A stretch of 63,594 nucleotides of DNA, filler included, from Choristocarpus tenellus KU-1152 (lineage: Eukaryota; Protista; Phaeophyceae): assembly GCA_964200185.2 (NCBI GenBank). It is 7 parts of 7 records of this genome, joined end to end, with 100 filler letters (N's around TTAATTAATTAA, not from the genome) between each part and the next. Parts side by side here need not be neighbours in the genome. Positions count along the whole stretch, not along the records: positions 1 to 8,292 come from CAXNAD020004889.1; positions 8,393 to 31,430 come from CAXNAD020000268.1; 5 more parts are not named here. The stretch is one strand, 5' to 3'. The notes below the pieces were generated by a model. It was not told the DNA's origin, did not search any database, and saw nothing but the letters and a program-made list of their open reading frames with translations. The translations under genes and the position numbers were made by a program. Positions 1 to 12,251 of the stretch are shown piece by piece. Each line of letters opens with the position of its first letter. Position 1 is the stretch's first letter.

Positions 1-83
1 TTTTTCCGCACCATTTTGAGTCAAACCCATCCTCAATAGTACGCTCCATCCTCAATTATTAAAATGAACTGTTTACTCGGAAA

Positions 84-156
84 TGTTCCAAAATCGCAAC
101 ATTGGATTTTGGCCCCCAAACGGATACGGCTGTAGCCTCTAAGATATGTTGAACTC
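84..156 (+). mobile_element. Right end of a GRG-MITE family A-related element (only the terminal ~70 bp match family A)
   Basis: aaaatcgcaacattggattttggcccccaaacggatacggctgtagcctctaagatatgttgaactc matches the right end of the family A copies; the sequence upstream of it does not match them. Confidence 0.7.
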
Positions 157-1760
157 TTACTTTCACTCTAACCTAGGTTAGAAGTATGGTACCAGTAGCT
201 TCGCGGTCCGTGGTAATCTTGAATTTTTCATGTGCAGCTGCTACAGATATACAACAGTACATATATACCAAATGAAAGGGCATGGCAAGAGCGTTTGAAG
301 GTTTCTATCCACGAATGTCCAGGTTTCGGGGAACAGGAGGTATGTCCCGATCAAATAATGGAAAAACGCGGGGGAATATCTCCTGTGCAATTTTGAAGGT
401 CACGACTTCAAAACGGACAAAAATGAAGTGGTTGGCTGAACTCCTTACTGGTAACTGGTCCGGGGTAGGTCCCAGCCCAAGTTTGACTGGTATGGCCCTC
501 ACCGAAAAGAAAGCAGAAAAACTCCCCAAGATTTTCCTCTTTTTGACACCTTTTCCAGAGTTTCTGTGAGCACACACACACACGACTTACACAACAACAT
601 GAACCACGATAGTGAGATAAGGAGAGTCGCCAAGGCTACTTTGCCCTCTGGATCTACCCTCGGCACCTTCTCTGTCAAGAGGGGCCAGAAAACCAAGTAC
701 CATGTGAAACTCAGTGCGATGTTAGGTGACGAGAAAGTGCGAGTAGTGTGGCACAGCAGCATGATCGAATCGCGAAATGGATCACGCGGCCGCGACACTG
801 ACGCTGAGAGAAGATGCATGGAAAGGATTACCACACAAACGTGGTTGTATCTTCAACCATGTCGGAGCACTGCTCTGCAGTCTCTGCCACCTCGGCAAAG
901 CAGGAAGAGAACAAAGAATCCATCACTAGGTGTGGTACAGTGATGAAATCTGTGGGGAAGCCTGGTCACGGCAGGCGAAGGGAGCAGTGCGACTATGTGC
1001 CATTGCGCTCAGGAAATGCCTAAGTGAAAACCCGGTTGTAGAATATCTTAGTAGTCGATAGTTGCAGCCGGGCCTAACTGTTTGGAAGCTATGTGATCCA
1101 GAGTGACTTAGGAAACGAGAAAGAAGGTGTTAGGGTTGAACTACAAGAGCTCTGAATCCCGAAAAAAGGTAACCCATTCCCGGCGCTCAATGAGGAAATA
1201 TGTTAGTATAGGTTCTAACACTGCGAATTCTGTACCTGTGTATGAACGATGGGAAAGACTATCAAACGGCGCTCGAGATGGCAGCAGGATATGCGATGGT
1301 CAGGTCGGAAACTGTGAGTAAATGAGAGAGAGACTTCTTAGCTAAGGGCTACATCAAGGTGTCGGAGCAAGGGCACGATGAGGGGCGTTTCGTTCTGGGC
1401 CTCGGCGAGGGCATCCTTGCCGAGGTGAACGAGTGGGTGAACACACAGGAAGAAAGGGTGGGGAGGCTTTTTTCCTGTCTAAACCCTATACTTTAATCAA
1501 GTAACAGTATGTCTGTTGCCACTCTCGTTGACCTGCAATCCAGGCTTCGAACCCCAATATGACCGGTCTTTCTTCAAAAAAAGAAAAAAATGGTGAAAAA
1601 AAAACAAAGTCCGTACTCTGGAGGGCATTGTGACGTTCATCATGAATATGCCTTTATTTTTTTAATCCGATGTCTACATCAAAAGTTATGACGGGACAAC
1701 CCCAGTGAGTGGGCGAAGCTACTGATACCACTATTATAGCAGTGCATATACTACTCTATT

Positions 1761-3727
1761 CTTCCTCTGAGTGACAGTATCTCAAAGGGTACGAGTTTTG
1801 CCCCGTTTGTCCGTTTGGGGCTTGGCTTCCCATGAGCTTTTTTATGACATTTTCCTACTCCAAAATGTGTTGGAGTAGGTAAAATATGTATGTTATGAAA
1901 AGGTGCGTCCAGAACAAGGATATTGACACTTCCTCACAACAGACACGATACACAAAATTACATCAAATTCGCAACTTTGATTTTTGGACCTCGAATGGAC
2001 GCAGATCCACCCTCTAAGATAATTTGGATCTCGGATCGGAATTAAATGTAAATTGACTTTTGCAGTCCCAATGAAGAAGTTTTTTTACATAGTCATATTT
2101 TATGGGGGGTAATATGCAGATACTAAAATGATGCCCACCAAAATCTCAAGCAAAATGGGGCAGCCTACACCTATCTATGATTCCCCCCCCAAAGCCCTCC
2201 AAATCCCCACTCTAGGATCGTATTTTGTCGCATCCACCAGGGTATTCAGGGGGAGCTTACCCACCTATGCAGCCTTATTCTTGCTAAGATGGGGAAATTT
2301 GAAGACGTTGTCACCCTTGGACCCCACCACTCCACCGTAGACTGTTAAGAGGCTCTGCCAGATGCACTCTAGTGTCTCCCAGGGGTACACATTGAACACC
2401 TCCATTGTGGCCTCCACCACCTCTTATGTCTTGGTCACCCCCACTGTTTCCTTCAGCTACTGGATGGAATGAAAGAATCTTAAGTCGTTGACGTTGAAGT
2501 TAGGTGAGTTGGCTGGCTGGCTGGGTCTCTATGACAATGTTGTCCCCTGCCGCCCCCTTGATTGCCTCCATGATCCCCCCTTTGGAATGTGGGTTTGCCC
2601 TGTCCTGCTGCACAGAGATGGTGTATCCTTCCAGCCTAGGCATGTGGGCCTTCATTGTTGGGATGGAATTCTCGGACATGAGCTTTTTGTACCTCTCCCC
2701 GCCCAATGTGACTAGCACAAGTGCCTTGGTATCCTTGGGGCGGTATTTGCTGTAATGCTGAGCGACCATAGTGTGCACGATTAACCAGATTATGATTTTC
2801 CATCGAATCACACCCCGTTGGTGAACTTCCTAGGGCGTACCACAGCTGCAACAAAAATCACCTTAATAATGAAACTCTTATTCTTTGCCCGTGGGGGATT
2901 GGGGGGGTTCTCAGTGGGGTGCAGGTACACATCTTGCCCATCTTTGAGGATGTAAAACCACATCTCGTTCACATGCATCCAGTCATATAGATCCTTCATG
3001 AATGCTCCACTTCTCACCCTCCTGTGTGTGTGGCTGATGATGAAACCCATCCTGTTGACTTTCTGTTGGTCTGAAAGGACTGGCTTAATCCACTGTTTGT
3101 CCTTCTTCACCTTCTCATGCTTGCACAGATCCCACAACGAGGCAAGGGAGACACCAGCTTTGACCACCAATTTGCGAAAGGATGCGCAGTGTATCAATGG
3201 GACATCCCAAACATCGAGGATACTTGTACGGTGGTCATATCGCCTCTTGCAACATCGTACAAGGTCAATACATTCACTCCGTGCGATGTGGTTGTCACAC
3301 TCCTTCAGATGACAGAACACATTGACTTGAGAAATTCCGAAGTCCACCGTGATGGTTGACGCCGTCCCTGAGGCATTTGTCTCGCGCCCTCTCGCCGCCA
3401 AGCATCATGCCACCACGCTGTTCTACGCTGGGGTGTTTCAGTGCTGACCCCAGACAGACTTCTGGACTGAAGAATTGGGTCCGTGGGATGAGCGAGCCGC
3501 TCAAATGACCGGGGGCCTTTGAACACCACTTGGACAGTTTCACGACCAGATGTGACTTAGTCGACTTTGCATTGGTGATCCTTCACAGTGATGATAGCCC
3601 ACCATCTCAAACTTTGCACGACTCCCAATCTGTATGAGAACTAAGCATCGTCTTGAGGGTTTATCACATAGGTTCCCAGGCGAGAACGGTGTTTGCACAG
3701 GTTACATTTAATTCCGAACGGAATAAG
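1761..3727 (-). mobile_element. Decayed full-length Tc1/mariner, plant/oomycete DD39D (Stowaway-partner) type, with a MITE nested in one TIR
   Basis: Frameshifted transposase motifs WMHVNEMWFYI, KSFIIKVIFVAAVVRPR, VQQDRANPH, QPASQLT. TIRs cttcctc[MITE]..gatcggaattaaatgtaa (1761-2051) and ttacatttaattccgaacggaataag followed by TA (3702-3729). Homologous to 49039-50800. Confidence 0.85.
1769..2030 (+). mobile_element. MITE family A copy
   Basis: TIRs gagtgacagtatctcaaagggta / caccctctaagataatttggatc; internal palindrome cctactccaaaatgtgttggagtagg; inserted in the mariner TIR. Confidence 0.9.
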
Positions 3728-4289
3728 TAGAAAATCTTTAAAGGGACATTATTGTTGTAAATATTATTATGGTCTCTGTCAGGGACAGGTTCCTTTTTTG
3801 GGATCTCCGACACACACACTGTGCATAAAACGCGCGGTCATATACAATTGNNNNNNNNNNCGTCATTTGAGCTCATCCATACCGACCAGTCCAATAAACC
3901 AACCACACCCATAAGATCAGGATTTGACCAAACAGTCAAAATGGACTATCAGAACGAAGAACCATTCCGGTTCTGATTGATCCATCACTTTGCTGTGACG
4001 TTGCTCAGTCAGTCGGGAACATCTGTTGTGTTTTAAGGTTTTTGGTCTGTACTGGATTTCCTCATCTGTTCTGAGATGTTGAGCCAAGACCTTTGAAACT
4101 CGGTTTCACCCTCTGAGGTGAAGGAGTTTCGGTCCGGTGATTGTGATTGATTGCCCTCTTGAGCAGAGAACTTGGCACCTTTGACACTTCCACATCTCTA
4201 ACATTTTGTAGATATATGAGGGAAGAACTAAGCCTATATCCTAAAGACTCTAATAAAAAATACACTTGTTAATGCCAAAGATAACTCTG

Positions 4290-5750
4290 AAAAGTATTTT
4301 ATTACTTCAAAACTATACAACAATCATCCCTTTAAGGTTGGTAACTACAACCTAATCTCTACACTGTTATTGCTATGCTTCTGACCTACCTTAGCCGTAC
4401 AATGATGGGCGGGAACCTAGGCAAATACCCCTAGAATCTGTCCGGCCCTTTCTTACCTATTTGCCTGGTGTCTCTAGCTTGAAATGCATGACACGTCTAG
4501 AGAGAGCCATTTGTGCAGTGGCAGGCACAATCCGTCTCATATGGGACTTGACAGTCTCTTTCCTACAGTATCTTCCTGCCCATCTCCCCCCTACTGTGTC
4601 TTTTGTTAACTCATCCAGTCAAATATCTTAGAGGGTAGAGCCGTGTCTGTTAGGCGGTTAAAATCCAATGTTGCGATTTTGATGTAGTTTGGTTATTATC
4701 GTGTTTGTTAAGGAAGTGACAATATCCTTGTTCCAAACACATACAAGATACCTAGTCCAAAAACGTATACATTTTACCTACTCCGAAACGTTTCAGAGTA
4801 GGTAAAATGTAATAAAAAACTCGTGGGAAGCCAAACCCCAAACGGACAAACTGGGCAAAATTCGTACCCTCCAAGATACTTGCACTCCCAAAAATCTGTC
4901 TGCTTGGTCACCAAGACGCCCAAAATCCTCCATTGTGAAGTTGGGATTATAACTACAGGGGTCACAAGAAGCCTCATAGTGGGTGTGCTTTTGCACCTCG
5001 GATGCAGCAGGAGCTACACCATTGCTGGTGGATGAATGAGGCAATTGGGAGGCTGCTTGAACTTCTCCTAAGGTTATGTCGAGAAGGAGGCATTTGTCCT
5101 TGCAGGGAGTCGAGGTAGCGTCTGTAAGTGTCCCAGCATGGAAGACCACATCCATGCAGAAGTTCTGGTCCACTGTGAATGGACTACCATCCTCCATAGT
5201 ACAAGGCATGCCCATTCTCCCCCTGCAGGTTTGGCCTACACGTTTCACCATCAGTGAGTGCTGGCACACCTATCCTCCCACCCTTGGGCAGGTATGAGCA
5301 TGTTGGTCTTGACATTATATCTCCTGCAAGTGGCCAACGGGCAACTGTTGGGTAGGGTCTCCTCCCTCCCTAGAGACCTGCTGACAGCGAATCTAATCTC
5401 TATGGGAGGAATCCGGCATACTGGTTAAATAGGTTTTGTGGAGGGCCATGCATTGGCCCCTTGTCAACACTGACTCCAATGGCGGGCTAGGGCTAACGGA
5501 GAACTTTCCCTCCCTTATTCCTTTGCATCACCTACGAGGTTGGCCAGTTGGACCCGGAAGGAGTTGAAACGGATCCTGTTCAGGAAGCAGGTGATCCCGT
5601 GCTGTGCCCCCCTTGTGATCCTGGTATCATAGGCTGCTAGAGCGTTGACCTCCAGAACAGAGGCATATTAGTTGTTCCTCCTCAGTCTACCCAGCCTTTG
5701 GTCAATAATTCCAATGAAGTCCTCTGAAGAGACTGATGAGAGCAAGGTGC
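4290..5750 (-). mobile_element. 3' fragment of RLE-type (CRE-like) non-LTR retrotransposon, decayed
   Basis: RLE endonuclease-like motifs MDVVFHAG..LLDIT, KHTHY, FTMEDFGRLG. Upstream part is homologous to 60400-60960; 3' part repeated at 6090-6360 and 6910-7230. Interrupted by MITE 4618-4887. Confidence 0.75.
4618..4887 (-). mobile_element. MITE family A copy
   Basis: gtcaaatatcttagagggtagag...ttcgtaccctccaagatacttgcactc; flanked by CCA duplication inside the LINE ORF (RFL|DELT). Confidence 0.9.
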
Positions 5751-6079
5751 ATTGTTGTTACAGGTTTCAAATAGTAAATAGATTTTTGGAGAGGTGTCTT
5801 GCCGTTGACAACAGATATATTTACTTACAGCACCTGTTGTGACATAGTTCTGTTTTTTTCTTGATTACCTTCGGAAAATATCAGGGGGTGTAATAAGAAG
5901 ATTATATTCTTCAATTTATTGAGAAGTACTACATACTATTTTATTATTATCCCCTCTGACATTTTGCAGTTATGTCAGGGGAACACCAATGAAAAACCGT
6001 TCAGATGTCAAAACAACCCCTGAAAAAGTAACACCTGTCGTAAATGTAAAAGCCATTTTTCTATAATCTAATTTACTAT

Positions 6080-6785
6080 TATATTACCAGCTATGCTACA
6101 ACACTGCCCTCCTGTGCCTCCAACCTAGCTTAGTCCTGCACCCCAGGGTGAGGACCTAGTGAAGCATCCCAAGAATCTAACAAGCCCATCCTTGCCCATC
6201 TCCCTGGTGTCTCCAGCTTAAAATACATGACACGTCTAGATAGAGCTACTTGTGTTGTGAAAGACACTACCTGTCGTAGACGGGGTTTGACAGTCCCTTT
6301 CCTGCTGTAGCCTCCTGCTCCTCTCCCCCCTACTACGTGCCTGGCCAATTCATCATGAAAAATTTCTGCTTACTTACCGAAGCGCTCAAAATGTTCCACT
6401 GCAAAGGTGTTGAGGTTGTAACGAGGGTCAAAAGAACCCTCGTAGTGGGTATGCTTTCGTGCCTTAGCTGCAGCAGCAGCTACACCATTGCTGGTGGATG
6501 AGTGGGGTAGATGGGAGACTTCTTGCACTTCTGCAAATTTAACATCTAGGAGGAGGCCTTTGTCTTGGTATGGAACTGATCCGGCGTCCACAAGTGCCCC
6601 GGCATGGAAGACCAGATCCATGCGGAAATTTGGTCCACTGTGAGTTGGATACTGTACAAGTGTAGACCTAGACACTTCACCATTTGTGTGTGTTGGCGTA
6701 CCTGTCCTCCTACTCTAGGGGGGGTACATGCATGTCTGGGATCATGGGCTGCCAGAGTGTGGACCTGCTGTTAACCGGTCCACAT
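6080..6785 (-). mobile_element. Second 3' fragment of the RLE-type LINE
   Basis: RMDLVFHAG..LLDVK..KHTHYEGSFDP..FAVEHFERFG and RQVVSFTTQVALSRRV, paralogous to 4290-5270. Confidence 0.75.
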
Positions 6786-6829
6786 GGCATGGTCAAAGAT
6801 ATGAACTGTATGTATGAGAGGTTTTATTA

Positions 6830-7235
6830 CCTTTGTAGTTTAACCTCAACACCTTATGGTGGAACGTTTTGGGGCGTCTTGGAAAGCAAGCAGTACATTT
6901 CTTGGATGAGTTAGCCACACATACAGTAGGGGGTAGAGGGGAGGGAGGATATTATGGGAAAGGGGCTGCAAAGTCTCGTTTGAAATAGAGAGTGTCTGTC
7001 TTTGCACAGGTGACTCTCTCGAGGTGTGTCATACATTTGAGCTAGAGGCAACAGAAAAAAGGGGAAGAAGGGACCTGTCAGATTCTTGGGATGCTTCCTT
7101 AGCTTCTCGTCCACCATCGTACGGCCAAGGTAGGTTGGAGGTATAGCAACAGTGTAGATATTAGATTGTAGTTACCAACCTTTAAGGGAGCATTGTTGAA
7201 TAACTAGTCTTGAAATAGTAAATAGATGCAGTTTT
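6830..7235 (+). mobile_element. Third 3' fragment of the same LINE, opposite orientation
   Basis: Frameshifted GRLGKQAVHFLDELATHTVGG, plus a 3' UTR that is the reverse complement of 4320-4600. Confidence 0.7.
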
Positions 7236-8292
7236 TGGGATGAGACCGGGGAGGTGATGGAGGAACGCAACGCCGGTACATGGGATAGGCATGGGTGATG
7301 AACGAACTTACATAGAGGACACAGGTCTGCTTTAGGTATAGGTGGACAGGTTTCGGTTTTGCAGGATGGTGAAGGTCGAACAGAGAGCAGAAGAGGAACA
7401 CATGGGGATGGGACTATGGAGGTGGTAGAGGAAGGCGATGAAGATCGCATGGAGAGCAGGTCATCCCCCCTGAATGCGATGAAGAGGAGACAGGAGACTT
7501 GGCGACAGGAGGTGTCACTGGGATCCGATGGGCAGCTTCTCTCACTGGTGACCCCAACCCACGCCCACCTCAGCATCCGTGCCAGCTCACACCGGAACAT
7601 TGCGCGATCTGCTTCTCCCAGATACAACTGCCAGTACTCCACTTCACCTGCCCGCACCCCCTCGACCTGGGGTGTGACTTGGCCCCTTTACCTGTATGCC
7701 CGCCCCCAACATCCCATCCTGAGTCCCACCTGCCACACTCTGGCAACTCCGGAACACTACGATGCTGCCATGGAGAGGAGTGTGGAAACCGAAGCCATGC
7801 TTGAATCCATCCGCAGACAATCGTCCTCTACCCCTTTTGCCATCCCACCTTTTCACCTACTCTCCATCCCACGCCTCCAACCCCCAGTCCGTTCCCCTTC
7901 ATTCCCTCCCTGCCCAAGCTGCCTAGAGTCGCTTTCTCCTGGACCATTGGGGCACCCTCCCTTGTGGTTGTTCGCTCCACCCCACCTGCATGGTTAGTCT
8001 CTGTGAAAGCACAAAACCACCCTTTCACATGCCCCCAGTGCAGAACACACCTGCCCATCTCCTCCCTCTTCAACCAAGCCTACACCACCCTCACCAACTA
8101 AGACCCCACACCCTCCCCAGTGAGCTTATAGCCCATTTGAATAGCGCCACCGCAACCCAGATCCACCTTTTCTCATCACACAACATCCCAGACCAGAACT
8201 TGCACCTCACCTACCTCCTTCCACAGGTCAGGGCACCCATTCCCCCCACACCTCAGCCTACCTCACCCCCATCTCCACCCCAACACACCCCA

Positions 8293-8392
8293 NNNNNNNN
8301 NNNNNNNNNNNNNNNNNNNNNNNNNNNNNNNNNNNNTTAATTAATTAANNNNNNNNNNNNNNNNNNNNNNNNNNNNNNNNNNNNNNNNNNNN
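8293..8392. other. Artificial contig linker
   Basis: 44 N + TTAATTAATTAA (stops in all six frames) + 44 N. Confidence 0.97.
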
Positions 8393-8437
8393 CAAATGGA
8401 CAGCTGGCACCCCCCCCCCCCCAGACACTTTAAGCCC
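8393..8437 (+). mobile_element. Right end of MITE family B (poly-G/C subterminal), cut by contig edge
   Basis: aatggacagctggcac(c)n-agacactttaagccc resembles the right end of 25962-26141. Confidence 0.55.
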
Positions 8438-8919
8438 CACAGTGAATCTCAGTAGAAAGCCCTGCTCTTAAGTGGGTTGTCAACCTACTCTGATATCAAT
8501 GTGATGGTAGTAATCCGTGAGAATAGTTCAGTCCTATATCTACCCAAACTTTAGTGAGCTTTGACTATAATGTTGTGCCAAGGGTGGATACAGAAGCACT
8601 TTGATGCAAGGGTACTTAGTATCTTCATAAGGTATGTACTGTAGGGGGAAGGATACAAGAACCACTTCTTTTTTTTGGGGGGGGGGGGGTTAAGCCTTTG
8701 TGACAACACGGTTTTCATCCTATCTGCAATACTTGAAATGAGTTATGTGGAAGCTTTGCATTTTTCCACTTTGAGTGGAGGAATGGTAGCCTTGGGGTGC
8801 TCCACCATATGTACCCACTTTGTCATCAAGAATGCTTACAAACAACTCGTAACCAGCAAGGATAAGATTAAGAAAATTGAAGCAGACAACATCAGCTTGG
8901 TGCATAATTTATACTGCAG

Positions 8920-9714
8920 CGCCTTTTGAGTCCCTCTTTGGAAGTACAAGATCTTTGAGTACTATTTTACTTGTTAGTGCAGCAGATACCCTTGCTGTTG
9001 CCTCAAATCTCCTTTTAGAGGTCATCCACATTCATAGTCATTGCAAATTTCATCTGGAGTTAAACATATCTGCTTACTCCCGTGCTACCAAACACTCAGG
9101 AGGATGAAGAGCAAAATGGTACATCACCTGTTGAAGTCATCAGCGAAGGTGGTAGAAAAATCTGGGATGAGGACAGTGAGGAGGGCGATGAGGGCATTCG
9201 AAGACAGCTGCAAAAGCTGACGGGGCCAGGGGGGTCCCTGGAGAAGGGAACTGAGAGAGCCAAGGGAAGGGGATGGGGGTCAGGGGAGGATCAACCGATG
9301 AAGGATGCAGGGGTTGAAGACAATGTGGTCAGCTTTTTAAACAGAGTTTCAGAGGGTAATGGAGAGACGTATTCCCCTAAAGGCTTCACTGCCTCTAAGC
9401 AAACAAAGTCTCTCCACGGTAGAAAGGTGGGCAGTTTAACTGGGGGGAGGGGGAAGGCGGTTGGTAAGAAGATGAAGAGGGGAATAGAAGAGGCTGAAGA
9501 GGAGGAGGGTGATGATGAGGAGTGGGGATCATTTGATGTTGAGGATTGGGGTGGAGAGGAACGAGAGGAGGGAGGGGAAGTTGAAAACTCGAGAAATGGA
9601 GTTGAGGGCGGTGTGTCTGGGGCAAGAAAGGGAGAAGAGGTACCAGGAATGCTAGACGGACTGAGGTTTAAATCTGTTTTTGATGTGGAGGGAGAGGCTG
9701 CTAAGGAAAGTTGA
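8920..9714 (+). CDS. 3' exons of an unidentified gene with acidic Gly/Glu-rich C-terminus (partial)
   Basis: Exon-like ~8920-9020 (PFESLFGSTRSLSTILL...LLE|gt) and terminal exon ~9100-9714 (ctcag|EDEEQ...AAKES*); no family recognised. Confidence 0.5.
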
Positions 9715-12251
9715 GACACTGCCTGTGGAGACCTATTCATACCTGAAGGGACAATGAGTCGAGAGAGGCAAACTTGTCGTATCAGGTCAAATAATTTGTG
9801 GACAATGTGGGAAGGTTTGTATGTATTTTGGCCAGGGGAGGGGAAGCAGAGAGTGTCATTTAGTAGGTGGTTGTGTGTGTTTTGGAACGAAGACATTCTT
9901 CGCTTGTCTAATTTTAGGCGCTTCGGCATTGCCACCGTTTGGTGCCTGCTTTAATGCGTTGCTCCAGTTTTGTCGTAAAATGCTTATCATGCATGGTTTA
10001 TGTACATCTGAGGTTGACAGAATTCATCAAGTGCTGAGTGCCTTAACATGTGTTCAGTGGCTGTGTGTTTTGTGGTTGTCATGCCCAAGCATTAAAAATC
10101 TCTGTCAAAGGCCGAGAAAGGTATGCACACAATATCACTGGTGATGCCGTGTAGTGCACTTTTCAGATGCACAACTGGTATATTAGTATATCTGACTTAC
10201 AGCACTTGTTAATATTTAGTACGGCTATTCCAACCCATCGAACTAGGCTAATCCTGTTGTTCTTGGAAACATATTTCGAAGAAAAATGCTCACCATGTAC
10301 AGCACTATAGTTACAATTACCAATGTTTACTTTGTTAGCAGCTTTTAACTTTTTTAACATTTCATTAGCCATGATTGTAAATTACACGCCAAAACTTCAT
10401 ATGTCGAGGATATTCGTGAATGTTTTAGTAGGTTTGATTGGCACTCCGAGCTTTGAGGTACGAACTATATTGAGGAATTAAAATTTGCACTGGCTAGTAT
10501 TTTGAACAGTAGTAGCAATTTTACCTTCTCTCTTGATGGAGCATGGGAAGACTCTACCCTTATCATCATATACAACTATGTCTTTCCAAGGAGGATTAGT
10601 GGTTCGGCCTGTGTTGCACTACTCTATTGTCATGCATACTCATTTCTTGTATTAGTGTACAGGCGGGAGCTTCACACGGTCAATATTTACTAGAGTACTA
10701 TTGTAAGATTAACAACGTTGACACTTATCAACAGGCTCTGCTTAGCCCTCGATAGAAGTAGAGTTCATCATCATACACAGCTTAGGTATTCATGGTATTA
10801 AGAACGTGTGATACTATTTGGGATCTCATTCTTCAATATCTCGTTTAATTCTTGTCTCTTGATCAGGTAGATGAGTGTCATGGGTCACGGAACATCTTCC
10901 ATCATGTATATCATTGTCTTATGAGTATGGAATCCACCATTGGGTCAAGATTATTCAGTTATCTTTTTGTGTAGGGTTGGCTTCATTGTTGGGAGTGTGA
11001 AGCTAAAACGATATTGAGGGAAGTCTGTTTTGTACGTCGCTTTTCTCGTAATGGAGAACATTGGCCAGACCACCTATGAGGGATCAGCCTTTGCTGAGTT
11101 TATCCCACTCTACTCCTATGTGATTGATTGCGATTAATATTGTTTTGTTGGGAAAAATGCTAAAATGTCAATCGCCTCAAATGCTCAATTTCCTAGGTTC
11201 CTTGGTGCAACTAATCAAGAGAAACAGTCCAACTTTCCAGCAAGCAGTATTGAAGAGTTCACAAGAAGACTACAGCAGTGAGAACTTTCTGATGTCTAAT
11301 ATATTACTTGTTGCCAAATTTATCACCGTGCAGTGTAGTGGTGGAATCAGACATTGGCGGATGGCACCACTTCTTAGCCATCTTTTCTCTTCCCTTAGTC
11401 TATAACATGTACTCTCAAGTAGACCTCCAAGACATCGTTTTATTGGAGTAGACTGTTGCTGCTGCATATCATCTGTTCTGTCAAGACCAGGGACCCTGTG
11501 GACCTCGAGCAGCTCAGCTTTCTTGGTGTGGTGCCTGAACGTTCTGAAGTTGGTCGGTACTGTAATTGTCCAAGCCATACAGTGAGTTCAGACCAACATA
11601 TATAGCATGCCAGTAACTAATACTCCGAGTACACGGATAATGGTTCGATCTTTACTTTTGTCCGTCACTGGTGATTCTGCATCCAGATGTCCACATTTCA
11701 TATCTGCCAGCCTTGAACCCGGGCACACAATGCATACTTGAATCTCTATTTCACATACTATCAGTTCTGCGGAAGTTGGTACATGGGAGCACAATGCATC
11801 ATGGTGTATTTGTCGAAATTCGTTACTTTTTCTAAATGCCACATACTTTTATGATAATGTTCAGAGTACTAACAAGACAATAAGAATGACTGAAAATGGT
11901 ATAGAGGAGAAGGCCGACATCATTTCATGGTTTCACAACCATATATTGGTGGATCTTGCCATGTCATTACTATTCATTTCCATTCTGTGTGTGTTTTCAT
12001 TTGTTATTCCCTTTTCGTACAATGATGGAAGATTGTGGTTGGGAAAAACGAGTCCCCCTGCTGCGCACCTCACTCTTCCTGCTACCCTAGGGAGCAAGCA
12101 CTTAGGAAACCTCATCAGGATATTATTGCAGTTGGGAAGATCTGCACTCCTCTGGGCTCCCTGCTTGTCTAGCATGAAAGACCCATCTATTCCATGCTCC
12201 CGCCTTCTTCTCGTGGTTCATTCTCACACCAAGGCCACAGATTACCCTACC

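Noticed and set aside
7172-8292. Overlapping long ORFs on both strands
   Set aside because: Purine/pyrimidine-skewed low-complexity sequence with no recognisable domain; possibly TE-derived but unsupported.
10700-11850. Coding-looking decayed sequence between two convergent genes
   Set aside because: No recognisable motif, termini or second copy; could not be assigned without a search.
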